In this document: in pieces, positions 12,940-26,304 of the stretch | Position numbering within the stretch: position 1 is the stretch's first letter | How the letters are laid out: the number at the start of each line of letters is the position of its first letter | Origin: Eledone cirrhosa | Taxonomy: Eukaryota | Length of the DNA: 64,000 nt | Direction of reading: 5' to 3' | Assembly (NCBI GenBank): GCA_964016885.1 | Contig: OZ024740.1 | Location: forward strand, 322,400,001-322,464,000 | Position numbers and translations under genes: made by a program | Notes under the pieces: model-generated | What the model was told of the DNA's origin: nothing | Databases searched by the model: none | The model's input: the letters and a program-made list of their open reading frames with translations, nothing else

Positions 12940-13838
12940 ATCTCTATATATATAAAACTGAGGATGTCTGTCTGTGTGTGTGTGAGTTTGAATCCCTAAA
13001 ACTCGAGAACCACCCAACCGACTGTTTTCAAACTTTACACATGTAATACTTATGTATCAGGGAGTGTTCTGAGCAAAAACAATTTCAAATTTTCTATGCC
13101 CCAGGCACCACATTAGGCGATTTAGCGATCTCGCTCTATAATTCTTAGTCTTTCTCTTTTTAGATAGATACATACTTATAACGTCGCGCCTTATAATATC
13201 TGTCTGTATGTCTGACTGTCTGCATTACATCACTTCCTTGAGGATGTGTGTGTGTGTTTGAATCCCTAAAACTCGAGAAGTACCCAACCGGTACTTTACA
13301 TGTGTATTACTAATGTTTCAGGGAGTGTTATGCACATAAAAAAATTCCACTTTTTTTTATCTCCTAGGGCCTGCATTAGGTGAAAAACTGCGCTGTTTAA
13401 CATTTTTAGGTTTTTTTTTAGGCGTTACGTCAGACCGATTTCCTTGAAATTATAACTATGTATTATTCAGTCTCATCTTCATACCGTAAGCAAAGAAAAT
13501 CCAACTTTCTTATGGCCTAGCGCCCGCATTAGTTGAAAAACTTCATTTTTTCAGCTTCTTAGGGCTTTTTGGAGGCGTTGCGTCTAACCGTTTTCCCCGA
13601 AATTTCAAGGCATATTATGCACATAAAAAAAATTCATTTTCTTGATCCCCTAGGGCCCGCATTAGGTGAAAACCTGCATTTTTCCTGCTTCATCGAGGAA
13701 AATCTTAAAGATTATCCAGCCATCAGAGTATTTGATTTATTTTCTTTACATATTGTCCAGGCATGCAGTTTTTAGGTCTATTGGTGGCCCGCGTTCCAAA
13801 ATACCTTATCCTGTGCAATGCCGGGTACCACTGCTAGT
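12940..13838 (+). mobile_element. Helentron/HINE (DINE-1-like) non-autonomous element with internal repeats
   Basis: Starts atctctatatatataaaac...gtctgtctgtgtg and ends gcaatgccgggtaccactgctagt; internal duplication of tttgaatccctaaaactcgagaa and repeated ctagggcccgcattaggtgaaaa. Confidence 0.6.
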
Positions 13839-15015
13839 GGTGTATATATGAGTTGCAGTGTCTCTATTGCCAGGTTTTATCCAGCCTTGAACAACAGTGT
13901 TGGCTTGGAGAGAAGAAACTTGCATATATGGATGACTGCTGGTCTTCCACAAAACATCTTACCCAGGTTTGCACCCCGGAGAGGCAAAGCTGCAGTCAGT
14001 CAGTGTTGGGAACAGATGAGCAAAGGGAGCCCTTTCCTCTACTTTTTTCTTTGTAGAGTTGTAAAACTGAGGAGAGATGTAACATAACCTTCAGTCTTTC
14101 TATTGTGGTTGTAATTTCATCATGGCAGGTATTGGTTAGATTATAATTTGATTCTTTGTGCCCATCTTTGATAGAGAAATAACAAGTAGCACACAGTAGC
14201 CAAGACAAGTTGCTTATTGGTTAGGGTGTTGAACTCATAGTCATAAAATCATGGGTTCCATTCCTCAACTAAGCATTGCATTGCGTTATTGAGCAAGATA
14301 CTTTAGTGGCATGGAGAGAGGCGGATAGCATGTTAGAGTAGCTGTTGGTCTTCCACAAAAAAACAGGCCCAAGACTGCACCTTGGAGAGAAACTTTTCAG
14401 GTGCAGAGCTATGGTTTCCCTAGACATACTGAGGGTTTTACTCATGAATGATCAATGTGTTTTCACTTCACTAATAGTGGAGGCACTTGACCTAGGGGTT
14501 AGGGTGTGGGACTTAAAATCATAAAGTCATGGGTTCAATTACAGGACTGCGTGATGTGTTGTGTTTTTGAGCAAGATTCTTCATTTCATGTTGCTTTTCA
14601 CAATATAACTAAGGGTCCCTATCTTTAAAACATCAATGAAGCTATAAGATACAACCTAGTAAGTCAGCCAAACCTACATAAGTATGAGCTGTGACATGTG
14701 TATGTATATGATAGGACTAAAGCCTCTATCATTAAACACACAAGAAACCTCTCATGCGATGCAAGGCTAGCTAAATGTAGGAGGCCAGCTAAAACTGCAA
14801 TGGTGTGTAACAACAACTAACATACAGATAGACTACTGTGTGTACAAGCTATTTGTTGTCATGGTCCTATTATTGATCTCTTTTTGTCAAACTGCTAAGT
14901 TACATGGCAAACAGTAAATGTAAACACGGACACACACATACACACATATATAAGCTTCTGCATAGTTGATGTCTGCCACATTTCACTTAGGGCATTGGTC
15001 AACTTGTGGGTTATA

Positions 15016-15621
15016 CAGGATGTTCAAAATTTCTCTCCACAGTGAGTATTATGTCATATTGCTCAAATATTGTCTCTCCAGTCCTAGGCCAACATACTGA
15101 AAGTGAAATTAATAATGCCTATTTTTAACAAGATGCATGGCTTGTCTCGCAACCATGGTGCTACTCCAAGAGCTCTTTCCTGATCCTTATTTCAAAGGAA
15201 CATTGGCTACCAAGATCACCTGATTTGACACCACCAGATTTCTTTTTTCTGGGGAGCAGCTAAAGGATCAGTTTACAAGATTGCCTGAAAACAATTGACA
15301 AACTGAAAGATGCATTCATAACCTTCACACGGTCATAGCGCATAATACTCTCCAAGGTGTGTTTCAAAACAAGTGTAAAAGAGTAATGTTATGTATTGAA
15401 AATGGACAACACTTTCAACACCTCTTATAAAGTCTTATAAAGAATTTTGTTTTTATTACGCATTTCGCTTTACATTATTTTGTTTAACTTTGCCTTTCAT
15501 CCTTACGGGGTCGATAAAATAAAGTACCAGTAATGTACTGGGATAATTGCTGGCCTTGTGCCAAAAGTAGAAATCATTATTTTGTTTAATTTCTCTGTGG
15601 AGAGACTTTTTGAACACCCTG
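15016..15621 (+). mobile_element. Internally deleted Tc1/mariner element with a nested SINE fragment
   Basis: TIRs caggatgttcaaaatttctctccacag / ctgtggagagactttttgaacaccctg; transposase remnant WLPRSPDLTPPDFFF-WG at about 15204-15255; SINE 3' part at 15485-15580. Confidence 0.85.
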
Positions 15622-16332
15622 GAGTAGAAAACACTTGCTCAAAGTGACACACAGTGAGATTGAACACTAATCCATGTATTTGTGAAGGAAACTCCTTAAC
15701 CCCGTCTGTACCTAATGCATACAACTCACTCAGTAAAGTGTTAGTATCAACACCACAACAAAACACATCCAGTAAATGTTGAAAAGGAGCTGCAATTAGG
15801 AAGGGCATCCAGCCATAGAAACTTGCCAAAATAGGAAACAAATGAGCAGGATGTGTTCGTCTGATCGTCTGACCTGTCTAGTCTCAGAACATAACCCATC
15901 CAACCCATGCCTGCATGGTAAACGCATAAAACGATAGTGATGATGACATGTGTATGTATGTGTGTGTGTGTGTATATATCCTGAAACCAGACTTATTTAC
16001 AATGTCTGGGTCATGAAACACACTTAATTATTCTGAGAACAGCCAGTATATATTTGTCACAACTTCATTCCCATATCTGACTGAATATGATTATATTAGT
16101 GAATCTCAACAAAAAGAAACATTTCTTGTTCAACAAGAATAGCTGTGGGAAAACTGGAAGAAAAAAAAAATTGGCATGTTTAATATCTGGTTGTTATGTA
16201 AATTACTGCTGATCTCCACAGTTTAGTATATTATACACACAACCACTCAGTTCTGTAATATAGAATTTAATTGATGAAGTGTGTGCTTTTATATACACTC
16301 ACACTTATTCAAATGTATGTTTATACTACCTT

Positions 16333-16730
16333 ACGATAGGACTGGGGCCCCTATCATTAAAACACCCAAGGCACCTATGAAATATAGCCTTGTATGAGGC
16401 CAGCTAAACCTGCATTAAAATGAGCTGTAACAACATGATAGGGCTGGGACCTCTATTATTAAAACACTCAAGACACCTATGGAATATAACCAGCTAAACT
16501 TGCATAAATATGAGCTGTAACAACAACACAATAGGAATAGGACCCCTATCATTAAAGCACACAAGACACCTATGAAATGTAACCTTATATGAGGCCAGCT
16601 AAACTTGTATAAGTATGAGCTGTAACAACAACATGATAGAAATGGGACCTCTATCATTAAAACACAAGAAACCTCCTAAGAGATGTAACCTCATAGAAGG
16701 CCAGCTAAACCTAGATAGGTGTGGACTGAC
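16333..16730. repeat. Degenerate tandem repeat of about 100 bp, about 4 copies, also dispersed
   Basis: gatagg..cctatcattaaaacacccaag..gaggccagctaaacc..tgagctgtaacaac; other copies at about 3770-3875, 14610-14820 and (inverted) 35325-35410. Confidence 0.75.
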
Positions 16731-16910
16731 ATAGATGTGAACTGTTCAATTTTATTTTATTTCATTTTAGCCTTATACAACCCTGAGAACTCTATTTGTA
16801 ACAGATATGGTTCCAATATTGATGTCAATGTACGATACTGGGTTTACCTGTGAGGCTAAGTGAGTTGCAAGGGAAGCTCCTTCCCAATTCAAATATATAT
16901 GTGCTGGGGC

Positions 16911-17480
16911 ACTGTAAGGTGGTTGTGCTGGTGCCACAATAAAATGCATTCTGTACACCCTGTAAGGTGGTCGTGCTGGTGCCACAATAAAATGCACTCT
17001 GTACACCCTGTAAGGTGGTCGTGCTGGTGCCACAATAAAATGCACTCTGTACACCTTGTAAAGTGGTCGTGCTGGTGCCACAATAAAATGCACTCTGTAC
17101 ACCCTGTAAGGTGGTTGTGCTGGTGCCACAATAAATTGCACTCAGTACACTCTGTAAGGTGGTGCCACAATAAAATGCACTCTGTACACCCTGTAAGGTG
17201 GTTGTGCTGGTGCCACAATAAAATGCACTCAGTACACTCTGTAAGGTGGTGCCACAATAAAATGCACTCTGTACACTCTGTAAAGTGGTCGTGCTGGTGC
17301 CACAATAAAATGCACTCAGTACACCCTGTAAGGTGGTTGTACTGGTGCCACAATAAAATGCACTCAGTGCACCCTGTAAATTGGCAGTGCAGATACTATG
17401 ATGAAAAACACCTAGTGCACTCTGTAATGTTATTGTGCTAGTACACAATAAAATGCATTCAGTGCAGTCTGTAAATTAAT
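16911..17480. repeat. 49/38-bp minisatellite, about 12 copies
   Basis: ctgtaaggtgg(tcgtgctgg)tgccacaataaaatgcactcWgtacacc repeated. Confidence 0.95.
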
Positions 17481-20479
17481 TGTGCCAGTACCACATTAAT
17501 ACATCTAGTCCATTTCTCTATAAAAAGATAGTGCCATCCATTTTATCCTGTAAGGTGGTAGTGCTGGTGCCATGAATAACGAGTACAGGGAAAGTGAACA
17601 CGATGCAGCCCTGGCTTGTATAAAAGATCTGTGGTTCTGAATTTGGTTTGTAATGATCTGTCCAAGGACAAATAATTGTAGTCTGGTGGGAGTACCACAG
17701 TAAAATGCACCCAGTGCATGCCAGGAAGTGGTTGGCATTTGGAAAGAAACTACAATCTTCTTTGTTAGTATCAGTATGATCATTATTATTATCATTGCAT
17801 GCTGACACTACATAACTGAGCACAGATGTATGTGCAGTGTTTTTGGTGTTGATGTTTCTATTGTATTGAAAATATTCGTTTTAATATGTTTGCAATACCT
17901 GGTAGTGCAATTTTCTGTATGTTGTATAAATTTGTACGTCTCAGGGTACTGAACATATGTATGTGTACAGTGCCTTGTAGTATTATATTCTGTATATGTG
18001 TGTGTGCAGTGCCTAGTACTATTTTTTTCTACAATATATGGTCAATTGGTGTTGACCTCCCTGTCTTGTGTGTATTAGCATGTGGTTGTTTTTGTCATTC
18101 TCTGGCACCTTTTCTACCATATGTCTGTACCAGCTCTTTTCTGTTTACATCCAGTGTAAATCCAAACTCAGTCATATCTGTCGATATGTTCTTTTTTGGC
18201 TAAGACCGGGCAGCCTGAGAATATTATTATCATTATTTTCTGTATATTTATAGTTGCAATGACGTGACTCACAGGGAAGATTAACAAGTAGTGAAACAGA
18301 ATCCGACCTGGGTTGATTCCTAGGTTAAATTTCTAACATTTCACTCATACACATTGAAAAATGTTTCAAATGATTGGGTTACCAACTAACTGAATTATGA
18401 TAAAATTAGTCACCTTGCTTTCATCAGCATTATCATCACCACCATTTTACATCTATTTTCTATGCTTGCATGGGTTAGACGAGCTGTCATTTTCTGTGGC
18501 CAGATATGTCAGATGACTGCATCGTATTCATATGGGATAGAGATTTATGGCCAGATAAATACAGACAGACAGACATGGACAGATAGACTAGGATAGATAG
18601 ATGGAACCAGATAGACTGGGAAGAAAATTAGTGAGGAGTCACTTTACATGTCTTAAAACTCTGAAACTTGAGAAGGCCTATCACTCAAACAATGTAGAAG
18701 TATGGATGATGAAGAGAGAGAGAGGGGGGGAGAGTACATGAAGGTGGGTATGTTTCTGTGATTGAGTTTTATTACCATATTTCAATTAATTTTGCAAGTA
18801 ATAACAACTTTTGAGGAATTTAGTAAAACAACTTTTTGATATTGACTCTTTTCATTCCAAACCACCTGAAACCACTTACTGGCTCTGATAAAAAGAAATG
18901 TTTATTTTAGAATGTTTATATGTATCTAAAAAAATATTCCATCGTAATTTTAACTAAGAACATCAATTTTATGTTCCAAACACTTAGTAATGAGAAAGTT
19001 AGTTATTTAATTAAATCCTTGATCTACATTAATTAAATTAATCCTTTATTATTTAAAAAAATTACTTGAAAATCATAAGCAGTTGTTTTAAAGAGAAATA
19101 TAGTCATGAAAGGGTTAAACTGATGTTTAGTTCATTATTTTACAAAACAATGCTGATGGAGGGTTTTAATATAAGTTTAAGCACTTAAAAATGGCAGTTT
19201 TATACAAGCTAGTTTCAGTTGAAATGCTATTTTCAGTTAATATCAACCCTTGCTAACAGGGAAACCAAATGTTAAACGATATTTTCTGTTTGTGAGAAAT
19301 AAAACCAATTTTCTTACTGAATCATGAGGTGACAGACAAACCTTGTTTAGATCTAAACCCCACTTCCCTCTTTACATTGATACAGAACATGTGTTTAATA
19401 TAGGTGGCATGTTATTCTTAAGTCAAACTACTCAACCATGAGGTTTTGAGGTTTACAAGTCTAATGAATGTTAATCACGATTTTCATGATGGTCATGGTT
19501 GGATGGTCGTACAGTCACTTTGTTTCCTTTTTACATTTGTTTGTTAATTTTTTTGTTGTTAAATATATCTTTATCCGCTTCCATTCTCCAAGAGTTGTTG
19601 TCTGTTTTCAGATAGAATTCTAGGAAAATAGCAAACATGGCTTCTATATTTCCTAGTGTGGTTTACCTTTTTGATACCAACCCAGCTAAGACCATCACCT
19701 TTGGTTCTATGATACAAAACTGTTTTTTTTTAAAGTGTTTGTACACTTTCATCATAATTATATGTAAGAATATTTGTTCCAAACACCAAATTAATAATGA
19801 GAAAGTTAGTTATATTACAAAACTCCAAATTCTTGATGATTTTCAAAATTATTTGAAAACCTCAGGCAGTGTCTTTCATCAAAAATACGGTAAGGAAAAG
19901 GTTGAATCATGTATTTAACCAGTGGAAGAAGCTCAATAAATTGAGAGAATGAGACCTGAAACTGTCTCTTGTACCATGATACATAACTTTATATTTTAAA
20001 GTATTTGTATTTATTTATAAACCTTCCTTCATAGTTTTATGTAAGATCTGTTAAGTTACATTCCAAACATCAGCTTAATAGTGAGAAAGTCAAATTCTTG
20101 ATTACTTTTGAAATGATTTTGAAAACCATAAGCAGTGACTTTATTAGAAATATGGTTATGGTAAGGAAAGGGTTAATATGATTGTTGTTGTGTGGTATTA
20201 CTACTGACTTGTATATAATCTAACATCAACATAAATTAACAGATGAAGCAGTTGGATAATAAACCATCCTTTGAAAAATAATGTTTCTGATATTGCAGAG
20301 TTGTTTATTTAATGCTGAGAAATATTTTCTTATATAAATTTTCATTATCTCACATTTTCACATTCCACAAGAGAAAAGTTAGCTAGAAAATGAAGTATAA
20401 AGTAATTTGTTTAAAAGAAATAGAACCACTTCTGAAATAGTGTTAAAGTATTTCAATAGAAAGATGTTACTACATATAT

Positions 20480-21120
20480 TATGCACAAGAGTAGTTGGTA
20501 GTAAGAGCATTGGTAAAATAAATCTTCTCAAATTCCAGGAAGGCACCAAAGAAGTAGTTGATAGTTTCTGCTACTTAGGTCACTGAATTAGATGTGGAGG
20601 AGATTGCTCTGAAAGCTTAATAGCTAAAATGAAAACAGTTTGGAGAAAGTTCAGGGAGCTATTAACTCTTTTGACAACAATGGGATTTTCTCTTTGAGTA
20701 AAGAGTAGATTGTATGTCTGTGTGAGAAGTGTGATGTTGTATGGCAGTAAATACAGAGGATATATGGAGGCTGGAGAAAAATGTCTAATGTTAGTGTGCA
20801 TGGATGACGGCGCATGGATGAACTGAGAGAAAAGCTAAGTATAGAGGAATCAGATATTGTGTGCAAAAGAGAAGAATGCACTGGTATGGATGTGTGGTAT
20901 ATATGGGTGATGATTGCTGGGTGAAGAAGTACCAGATGCTAGTGGAAGGAAGCTGGAATAGAGGAAGACTGGAATTGGCTGTAACCCGGATTTTTATTCA
21001 AAGTGATGAACCTCTCAGAAGATGATAAGGGAACACAAATGGAGACAAGCTGTGTTGGAGAGGACCCATTCAACTCATGAAAGCATGGTAAAGAGAATGA
21101 AAAGTGATAATGATGATGAT
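20480..21120 (+). mobile_element. Old decayed RTE LINE 3' fragment
   Basis: Remnants of EVVDSFCYLG, WRKFRELL, MLYGS and WYG; (GAT)n tail. Confidence 0.75.
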
Positions 21121-22590
21121 AATTACCTAAACCTATCTAATTGAAATATATATGTATGAAGCACGATTTAGTTAGAAATATAGTAACTAAAGGCTATAAT
21201 AGTTGTTGTTCTAATTTTACTTCACCTATTTAGAAAATTGTTTATTTACACTTGTAAGACTAGATATGTTTTTTATTTCTTATCGAAGCATCTGAGAGAT
21301 CAGTGGCTCTAAATAAGTGCTGATATGGTCTCTTACAACCTATTCAACAATTCTAGCTGGAAAAATGAACATCAAATGACAATGACAACACATCAAATTG
21401 GCATATTTATTTGAGGGTTGGATTAGATACTTTACAGTATTTATCCCAGATCTCTGTGCTCTGAGTTCAAATCCCACTAGGTCAACTTTGCTTTTCATTT
21501 TTTTCATACTTGCATGGGTTAAACGAGTTATATTATGAAATAGATCAGGTCAGGTGATCACATCTTTCTCGTGTAGATTTGTATTTTGGCTTGGTTTGGT
21601 TTCTATGGCTATATGTCTTTCCTAATACCAACCACGTTACAGTGTGGACTGGGAGCTTACAGGGTGGGCAGGGTTGATAAATATAGTACCAACCCAAGAT
21701 TGGTAGAATTATTACAGTATCAGGCATGATGCTTTGTGGTATCTCTTACAACCTGTTGCATTCTGAGTTTCTTTGATGTCACTGGTGCCAAGCAGTATCA
21801 GGCTTTGCTTTTCCCTTAGACAATATCTTATAGAGTGTATGTATAGTATATATATATAGTGCATATATGGGTTATATTGTCACTTGTGCTGAGCTATAAC
21901 AGCCTTTGTCTTTCTCTTTGACATCATCTATAGTGGTTATAATATCTATATAATATATTATATAGTGTCTATATAATATAATAAGTTGTGACAATACTGA
22001 TACCAAACTGTATCAGCCTTTTCCTTTCCTCTGGACAACATTGGTGGGAAGAGGGGAGTTTTGGCATATATGGGCAACTGTTGGTATTCACAAAACACCT
22101 TACCCAGGCTTGTGCCTTGGAGTGGAACTTTCCAGATGCAGATCCATGTAATTATAAGGTATATAAAGACCCTAAGTATTCTGTATGAAATGAATATTCT
22201 GTAATATACTGTATTTTTTTTTTATATTGGGAAGGGACAGTAACTTTAATGTTTGAACGTCCTCATAGACTGTGAAAAAAGAATAATTGCTCCGTGAACC
22301 CTTTTTTTCCTCCTTCCTTGATCCCTCAATTCCTGGTGGATTTGTAAGGGTACGGGCATGATATTAGGCATGCCTTGGACATATATACATATATATATAT
22401 ATATATCAGGGAAAATGGATGTTAAATGACAATGATGATCAAGGCATGGTCAGCCGACCAGACACTGCCCACAAGACAACCCATGCTAGCATGGAAGAAC
22501 GGACGTAAAACGATGATGATGATAATATTATCATTGTCATTTAACATCGATTTTCCCTGATGATATATATATGTATATATATATATATAT

Positions 22591-22800
22591 GACAGTTGAT
22601 CGACTTTTCGTCAAATCAGACCAAGGAAACAATGTTTCCATTAGTCTTTCCAATTGCTGATACTATCTATCGGTTGCAACTCCAGGTAGAAGGAGCAATG
22701 TGAAATAAAGTGTCTTGCTCAAGGACATAACACATCGCCCAGTTCAGGAATTGAACTCACAACCTCACGATTGCGAATCCAATTCTCTCACCAATCAGCC
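22591..22800 (-). mobile_element. tRNA-derived CORE-type SINE
   Basis: Homologous to 488-703. Confidence 0.75.
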
Positions 22801-23259
22801 TGATATCATGCCTTTATCATCATCATCATTTTAATGGCTGCTTTTCCATACTGGCATGGGTTTGATAAGATCTTTCTGAGGCAATATTCTAGAGCCAGAT
22901 GCTCTTCCTGCTGCCAACCTAAAATGTTTTTAAGTTTGGTACTGATTCCACTTATCTTCCCTTGTCAAATTGCAAGAAGTGCGAACATACTGAGTGGGAG
23001 AGAGAGTTTTTTAATGTGTCAGTGGTGGATATATCATGGCAGATGTCTATGTAACAATGTTGTACAATAAATAAAGTGATGTTATAAGGGGTTAGCAACA
23101 GATGCTGTGTGAGGGCTTAAGTAATGTCTGATACTGAATAGGAGGAGGAAACCCAGCCTCTGTATTGTCATTTCAGTTATTTGGGGAATGTGGGGGATCT
23201 TTGTGAAGAATTGTCAGAGATTATTAAGTATTAATATGCAGAAGGAGTGATGTATCCTG

Positions 23260-23291
<32 letters not shown>

Positions 23292-23564
23292 GCACGCACG
23301 CACGCACGAAATGTTATATATATAGATGTTTGTCTAACTCATACAAGCATGAAAAAAATGGACATAAAACAATTGTGTGTGTGTCCTAAGCACATATCAT
23401 GTCTACAGTTTTAGTTTTCCTTATGAAGAAAAATGTAAAGAAACAAAATCACAAAATCATTGAAATTTTAAAACTTATTTCTGATTTAACATTCAACTCC
23501 AAAGTGAGATATAACATTAAAGATGTCCCCACATATCTTCTGTATAATGGTGGCTGTCTGTATA

Positions 23565-23740
23565 ATTGTTTCTATTTTTGGCACAAGCCCAGCAATTACC
23601 CTAGTGCATTACTGGTACTTTATCGACTTCGTAAGGATGAAAGGCAAAGTTAACCTTGGTGGGATTTGAACTCAGAATGCAAAGGGACATAACTCTATGC
23701 TGCAAAGCATGGTGTCTGACGCTCTACTGATACTGCCAAC
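23565..23740 (-). mobile_element. tRNA-derived Meta-like SINE
   Basis: Homologous to 3021-3202 and 54502-54685. Confidence 0.75.
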
Positions 23741-23879
23741 TAAAATGGTGCTTTGTTTATTTGTGTACTTAACAAATTTTTATTTACCAACCATTTCCCC
23801 TCTCCCTCCCCTCCTTAACTATAATTTATTTTCCCTTGTATGACACTTTTCTACTCCAAACTTTCATCTTAAAAATGAA

Positions 23880-24110
23880 TATACTACTACTATTACTACC
23901 ACTGCTGTTGCTACTACTATTATTACTACTGCTGTTGCTACTACTATTATTACTACTGCTGCTGCTGCTATTACTACCACCACCACTACTACTATTACTA
24001 CTACCACCACTACTACTACTATCACCGCTATTATTACTACTATTACTATCACCACCACTACTATTACTACCCCCACTACTACTACCATTACCACTTCTAT
24101 TACTGTTGAT
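23880..24110. repeat. (CTA/TTA/CTG)n low-complexity tract
   Basis: Trinucleotide repeats producing a spurious poly-Leu ORF. Confidence 0.9.
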
Positions 24111-24625
24111 AATAATTTCTGATTAAAGCCCATGGCTTGTAATTTTATGGGAGGAGAAAGTCAGTTATATTGATCCCAGTATTTAACTGGTACTTTTTTT
24201 GTAAATAGCAACTTGAATATTTGTTAAATATAAATCTTTTAAATACAATTATAGATCATGTGGCCTAGTGGTTAGGGTGTTGAACTCACTGTTGTAAGGT
24301 TGTAGGTTTGATTCCTGGACTAGGTAGTGTGGTGTGCTCTAGAGTAAAATACTTTTTTCATCTTGTTCCTTCTACCAAGAGTTATGATCAGCAGATAGTA
24401 TAAGAAATGGAAACATTGTTTCTTTGGTCTGATTGGACAATCAAGTTCAACTCATGTCAGTATGAAAAGTGGATGTAAAATGATGATAATATAACAGTTT
24501 TTCCCAACCTTACCAGTGATTTATATACCAGTATGATTTATACCCCCAAAATATGATATTTAATGTTTTGGTAGTGTATTTGTATATTTGCTGCTATTAT
24601 TAATATTTACCTTTATCTCTTACAG

Positions 24626-24752
24626 CTCAGCTTTTGATAATAAAACTATGAAAAAGGTGGCCATCAAGAAAATCTCACCATTTGAACACCAGACATACTG
24701 TCAGAGGACATTGCGAGAAATAAAGATTCTTACAAGATTTAAACATGAAAAT
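24626..24752 (+). CDS. ERK: ERK1/2-type MAP kinase, internal coding exon (subdomains II-III)
   Basis: Acceptor ctcttacag at 24617-24625 and donor gtgagt at 24753. After 1 nt it translates [42 protein letters not shown], the ERK-specific [25 protein letters not shown] motif. 127 bp. Confidence 0.97.
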
Positions 24753-25129
24753 GTGAGTTGGTCTTAACATTTTTTTATTTATGAAATTGTATTAATGAGG
24801 TGGATAGAGCACAAGGTAAGAAAAGGGTAGTGTGCAAGGTATATTATAATCTTGGTTGTTGGTGTGGTGGGTGGAATGTTGGGTGAGCAAGGGTTGTGTT
24901 TTGGGTAGAAGATCTTGGTTGCTGTTGTGGTAGATAGAACATGGAGTGACCAAGGGTGGTGTGGTAGATGTCATAAGATCTTATTACTTGTTGAGTTGAT
25001 AGAACATGGGGTGACCAAGGGCAATCTTCAGGATGTATTAAGATTTTGGTTGTTGGTCTGGTGGATAGAAAATGGAATAATAATGGAATGTTCTGAGTAT
25101 TATAAGATCCGGGTAGTTGATTTGATTGC

Positions 25130-25480
25130 TACAGGGCTGTTCAATTCTTTGAAGAAAATTGCATGAATTTAATAAAAGATGCATAAGTGATGAAAAATGG
25201 CATGAATAATCTTGAGACTCTTCTTGACACATTGACTCAATGAATCTGCCAATAGCATTGATGACTGATTCAATATGAGGTCTGAAATGTTGACACCCCA
25301 AATCAGATGATGTTTGTGCTAGTTATGGTGGACTTCAGAGATTTTATAGTGTTTTGGGGGCATTGATTGACTTTTTTCTTGACTATGTCCCATATGTAGT
25401 AGTCCAATGGATTTAGGTCTGGAGAGCTAGGAGACCATATGTGATATGATCAGGGAGAGTGTAACTCATCCATTCTTGTA
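25130..25480 (-). mobile_element. Tc1/mariner transposase 3' remnant
   Basis: Minus strand PSSPDLNPLDYYIWDIV and C-terminal CQHFRPHIESVINAIGRFIE; terminus-like tacagggctgttcaatt at 25130. Confidence 0.8.
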
Positions 25481-26304
25481 ACCATCCTGCCAGCTCAGTT
25501 GGAAATGGTTGCTTCTGACAGGACCCGCTGGAAGGAGTGTTTGAGGACTCTGCCCCCACGACCTTCTCAGGAATAAGTGGGAAAAGATGATCTTAATTGT
25601 TGGTGTCTTGGATAAAGATTTTGTCACAGTATTTTGCACATGAGAGATTATACTTCAACATCATCATACAGCCATTTTCCATGCTGGAATGGGTTGGATA
25701 GGTTGTTAATGTACTAAAGTCAGTTGATATTCAAAGTTACTGCCTACTTTACGGTAAGACTTATGGATGTTTATTATACATAAACATATTATAGGTGGGT
25801 CCTAATACTGAGATAACTATGAACATGTCACAGCTACCTCTGCATACAACAAAACTAAATGTTGCTGATGATGGATGAAAAATCCTGAAATACATGGTAC
25901 TGATTTAGCTTTGATATGACTACAGCTTAAAATACTCACAGCAAGACAATATGTGTTTAATATATATAAACACATATTACAAATAGATCCATCAACACCT
26001 TTATTCTACCATATTGGTACCTCACTACCCTATACTAAAATATATGTGGGGTGGAACAATACAAGGCATGTAATGTATCTCTCTACTCGGTTTGTATGGC
26101 ACCTACCTGTCCTGTGTTAATAAAGGTAGTGGTTGAATGGAATAAGTGTGAATTAGTGAGTGGTTGAGGTAGAATGCAAGTTTCTTTAGTTAGTCATATA
26201 TATTGACTGTGTCAGGTTTCATCTTAATGTCAGGTATTCTGACTTGTCTTGTATGTTGTCACAGTATTATGTGAAATTTCTGTTACATTTCAACTTTAGT
26301 CTAC

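Noticed and set aside
16773-17448. Cys/His/Trp-rich repetitive ORFs resembling metal-binding proteins
   Set aside because: Open on both strands because of a minisatellite whose 49/38-bp units are not multiples of 3; the unit derives from a retroelement UTR.
19612-19918. Possible alternative ERK exon (tgttttcag acceptor then ATGGCTTCT, 93-aa ORF)
   Set aside because: No kinase glycine-loop similarity, most of the ORF lies in a piggyBac-like MITE, and there is no convincing donor.
1-24625. First coding exon of ERK (GEGAYG loop) or its promoter
   Set aside because: Not found by eye; presumably upstream of the window.
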